Assembly: GCA_963707215.1 (NCBI GenBank) | Contig: CAVPPB010000003.1 | Coordinates: 1,024,001-1,088,000 of the forward strand | Length of the DNA stretch: 64,000 nt | Origin: an uncultured Chloroflexia bacterium | GTDB taxonomy: Bacteria > Chloroflexota > Limnocylindria > Limnocylindrales > CSP1-4 | Direction: 5' to 3' | Shown: one piece after another, positions 61,057 through 64,000 of the stretch | Numbering within the stretch: the stretch's first letter is position 1 | Layout of the letters: the number at the start of each line of letters is the position of its first letter | Position numbers and translations under genes: made by a program | The notes under the pieces: generated by a model | Seen by the model: the letters and a program-made list of their open reading frames with translations, nothing else | Told to the model about the DNA's origin: nothing | The model's database searches: none

Positions 61057-61653
61057 CTAGAGATTGCTGTCGGTGAAGGGATGGTCGGATGGTCCGCCGT
61101 CACCCGGAGCCGGCGAGCCGGCGGCGACGGCGACGAGCGCCGGCCGGATGATCCGGTCGCGGAGGCGATAGCCCCGCCGGACCTCCTCGACGATCGTGCC
61201 CTCCGGCTGGCCCGATCCGGGCACGTTGGCGATCGCCTCGTGCTCGGCCGGGTCGAACGGACGACCCGGGATGGCCTCGATCGGGCTCACGCCCTCGCTC
61301 TCGAGGAGGAGCCGGAGCTTGCGGTCGATGGCCGCGACGCCCTCCGCCCATGGCTCGTCGGCCAGGGACTCGGGCCGTGCCTCGACGGCCCGATCGAAGT
61401 CATCGGCGAGGGCCAGCACCTTGCGGATCAGGTCCTCGCCGGCCAGCCCGAGCATGGCCTCGCGCTCGAGCTCGGAGCGGCGGCGGTAGTTGTTGAAGTC
61501 GGCGCGCTCGCGCTGGAGCGCCGCCAGGTACTCCTCGGCCTGTCGCCCGGCGGCGTCGAGCTCGCCTGTGAGGCGCTCGATCTCGGCCACCAGGGCGGTC
61601 GGCGAGATGTCGATGTCTTCGGCGCGCTGCTGGGCGCGGGTCTTGCGGGTCAT
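61057..61653 (-). CDS. grpE: Nucleotide exchange factor GrpE
   Basis: [31 protein letters not shown]. Confidence 0.95.
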   Translation of the reverse strand: MTRKTRAQQRAEDIDISPTALVAEIERLTGELDAAGRQAEEYLAALQRERADFNNYRRRSELEREAMLGLAGEDLIRKVLALADDFDRAVEARPESLADEPWAEGVAAIDRKLRLLLESEGVSPIEAIPGRPFDPAEHEAIANVPGSGQPEGTIVEEVRRGYRLRDRIIRPALVAVAAGSPAPGDGGPSDHPFTDSNL

Positions 61654-61695
61654 CCGGTAAGGGTCACTCCTGGGGTCGGCGGTGATCGGCGGCGG

Positions 61696-62766
61696 TCACG
61701 CGTAGAGGTGGTCAACGAGCTCGTTCATGAGGCCCGAGACGAAGCGGACCGAGCCGATCGCCTGCGGATAGGCGAGCCGGGTCGGGCCGAGGACCCCGAC
61801 GACGCCGATCGCCCGGCCCTGGCGGCCGTATGGCGCCAGGACGAGGGACACCTCGGCCATCTCGTCGGTCGGGTTCTCGTGGCCGATGAAGACCACGACG
61901 CGGCCGGGGGTCGCCAGGGCGACCTGCCCGAAGAGAGCGGCCAGGGTGGCCCGGTCCTCGAGGGCCGAGAAGATCCGGCGGAGCTTGTCCGCCTCGGCGA
62001 ACTCGGGCGCCTCCATGACGTTGAGCAACCCGTCGCTGAAGAGCTCCTCGATGACCGCCGCGTCGTACTCGCGCAGGAGCGTCGCCACCCGCTCCGCCAC
62101 GCGCCGCGCCAGCCCGGGCGGATCGATCGGGGCGTCCAGGTCGTCGAGCATCGCCTCGATGCGATCGGCGTCGGCGTCGGCCAGACGATCGCTGAGTCGG
62201 TTCGCCAGCTCCGTCAGCCGGTCCTGGTCGACGGCCACGTCGAAGCCGACGAGGACCTGGCGGATCGTCCCCTCGCGGAGGACCACGATGATGCTGGCGA
62301 GCCGCTCCTGCATCGATACGAGGTCGATGCGCCGGACCCTGGCGGCCCGAGCCTTGGCCGGGGTGGCCAGGCCGGCGGCCTGGGTCACCGAGGCCAGCGT
62401 GCTCGCGGCGAGCCGGAACCAGTGCTCGCTGGCGAACTCGACCTGCCCGAACTGATGACGGATCATCAGCTGCTCGACGGCCGGCAGCGGCCTCGATTCC
62501 ACGACCGACTCGACGTACCAGCGGTAGCCGCGATCGGTCGGGATGCGCCCGGCCGAGGTGTGGGGATGGGTCAGCAGGCCGACGGCCTCGAGTTCGGCGA
62601 GGATGTTCCGGACGGTCGCCGACGAAACGCCGAGACCGTACCGGTCGACGAGAGCCTGCGAGCCGACCGGTGCCGCGCTGATGATGTATTCCTCGATGAC
62701 GGCCCGGAGGATCGCGCTCGCGCGTGGATCCAGGGGGTCGTTGGTGCGACGGACCCGTCGCGCCAT
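61696..62766 (-). CDS. hrcA: Heat-inducible transcription repressor
   Basis: PVGS, SSATVRN, PHTSAGRIPT..GYR.YV, GVLGPTR. Confidence 0.95.
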   Translation of the reverse strand: MARRVRRTNDPLDPRASAILRAVIEEYIISAAPVGSQALVDRYGLGVSSATVRNILAELEAVGLLTHPHTSAGRIPTDRGYRWYVESVVESRPLPAVEQLMIRHQFGQVEFASEHWFRLAASTLASVTQAAGLATPAKARAARVRRIDLVSMQERLASIIVVLREGTIRQVLVGFDVAVDQDRLTELANRLSDRLADADADRIEAMLDDLDAPIDPPGLARRVAERVATLLREYDAAVIEELFSDGLLNVMEAPEFAEADKLRRIFSALEDRATLAALFGQVALATPGRVVVFIGHENPTDEMAEVSLVLAPYGRQGRAIGVVGVLGPTRLAYPQAIGSVRFVSGLMNELVDHLYA

Positions 62767-62816
62767 CGGCTGCTCCGTTCGCTGCGGGGAGACCCTTCAC
62801 GGGTCACGAGGGGTGA

Positions 62817-62843
62817 TTAGCACTCTCACCATGTGAGTGCTAA
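62817..62843. promoter_or_regulatory. CIRCE operator
   Basis: Perfect TTAGCACTC-N9-GAGTGCTAA upstream of hrcA. Confidence 0.97.
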
Positions 62844-62854
62844 CCAGTGCCCGA

Positions 62855-62884
62855 ATGGTAGCAGTCGCCACCCGGGAGTGTCAA
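62855..62884 (-). promoter_or_regulatory. sigma70 promoter of hrcA-grpE-dnaK
   Basis: TTGACA-N18-TACCAT with TG extension, just upstream of CIRCE. Confidence 0.8.
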
Positions 62885-62897
62885 TGACGCTTCGGTC

Positions 62898-64000
62898 TCA
62901 GATGAGGCGTGCGAACACCTCGTTGGAGAGCAGGCGACCCCGGGTGGTGAGGGCGACCCGCTCGTCCGTCCCGGCGACCAGCCCGAGGCCCGCCGCCCAC
63001 TCGAGCGTCTCGTCGACCCCTGCCTCCGCGGCCCAGGAACGCGGGATGCCCTCTGTCAGGCGAAGGCCCAGGATGACCCGCTCCACGTGCCCCGCCCGCT
63101 CGTCGACGGCCTCGTCGGCTCCTGGTGGCAGGCGCGGTGAAGCGTCGTCGGCGGGATCGAGGGCCGCCAGGTAGCGATCGAGCGCGGCGGCATTCCAGCG
63201 CCGTACGACCCCGTCGAAGGCGTGGGCCCCGGGCCCGACGGCCTCATGCGGTCGGCGCTGCCAGTAGGCGAGGTTGTGGCGACTCTCGTGACCGGGCCGG
63301 GCCCAGTTGCTGATCTCGTAGGACCGCAGGCCGGCCTCGACCAGGCGCAGCTCGGCATGCTCGTACATCCCGGCGGCCCGGTCCTCGTTCTGCTCGGAAC
63401 GCGCCTGCTCGCGCCAGCGGCGGGCCCCGGGACGGGTGGGCAGGTGGTCGCCCGAGGGACCGGTGAGGCCCTCGGCGTCCGGGTCGTCAAGCGTCAGCGC
63501 GTAGAGCGACAGGTGGTCCGGCTCCACCGCCAGCGCGCGGTCGAGGGAGGCCGCCCAGCTGGCCTCGGTCTGGCCGGGGATGTCGTAGAGCAGGTCCAGG
63601 CTCACCGACCCGATGCCGGCCGCGCGGGCGCTCCGGACCGCCCCCTCGACATCCGTCGGGTCGTGACGCCGGCCCAGCCGGCGAAGCTCCGAGGGATCGA
63701 GACTCTGCGCTCCCAGCGACAGGCGGGTCACCCCGGCCTCGACGGCCGCCTCGAGGTCGCCCAGCTCCCCCGCCCCAGGGTTCGCCTCGAGCGTGACCTC
63801 GGCCTCGGGCGCCAGGCCGAACCGGGCCCGCAGCAGGTCGAGCAGCGAGCGCAGCGCCGGTCCTGGCAGGAGCGACGGGGTCCCGCCACCGATGTAGACG
63901 GAGACCAGCGGGCCCCGGCCATCGACCTCGGCGTCGGGGCCGCCCGTCGCCGGGGGACCGAAGGCTCGGTCGAGAGCGTCCGCCCGCAACCGCAGCTCGG
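62898..64000 (-). CDS. hemW: Radical SAM heme chaperone HemW (HemN-like), 5' end outside window
   Basis: YIGGGTPS, TLEANP, RLSLGAQS, HLSLYAL, YEISNWA..G.ESRHN..YW; canonical position before hrcA. Confidence 0.9.
   Translation of the reverse strand, partial: ELRLRADALDRAFGPPATGGPDAEVDGRGPLVSVYIGGGTPSLLPGPALRSLLDLLRARFGLAPEAEVTLEANPGAGELGDLEAAVEAGVTRLSLGAQSLDPSELRRLGRRHDPTDVEGAVRSARAAGIGSVSLDLLYDIPGQTEASWAASLDRALAVEPDHLSLYALTLDDPDAEGLTGPSGDHLPTRPGARRWREQARSEQNEDRAAGMYEHAELRLVEAGLRSYEISNWARPGHESRHNLAYWQRRPHEAVGPGAHAFDGVVRRWNAAALDRYLAALDPADDASPRLPPGADEAVDERAGHVERVILGLRLTEGIPRSWAAEAGVDETLEWAAGLGLVAGTDERVALTTRGRLLSNEVFARLI

Overview
Very GC-rich bacterial chromosomal window, almost fully coding, with no rRNA, tRNA, CRISPR array or mobile element that I can recognise. 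The host is inferred to be a high-GC Chloroflexota member, possibly Limnocylindria-like. The clues are a DnaK carrying the N-terminal insert absent from Firmicutes and Actinobacteria, HrcA/CIRCE control, an LPxTA-type sorting signal, a RibXY-like transporter under an FMN riboswitch, and F420-dependent enzyme families. The left half holds an ABC-2 exporter, a B12-riboswitch-controlled btuFCD-like importer, an unannotated 3-gene secreted operon with a degenerate metzincin-like site (DELGHxxxLGH), manC-manB-cupin, potADBC, a ribXY-like ABC importer behind a structurally variant FMN riboswitch, metK, a Pro/Ser-repeat surface protein, kynU, and an apt-mtnA-GNAT-ahcY-S9 peptidase operon. The right half holds small enzyme genes, an aac(2')-like gene coupled to mfd, and a Bacillus-like conserved string hemW-hrcA-grpE-dnaK-[6.5 kb insert]-dnaJ-prmA-mtaB-hit-rpsU-yqeY-pgpH-ybeY-pth-mfd. 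The best candidates for undescribed biology are the insert (membrane-anchored ATP-grasp ligase + C45 Ntn-hydrolase + ABC-2 exporter + mini anchored peptide), the DExxH metzincin-like operon, the FMN riboswitch with a remodelled L3/L5 contact, and MtnA with a twin-arginine-like extension. Single-base frameshifts in potB and kynU look like sequencing indels. All calls come from motif recognition by eye; no database search was run.
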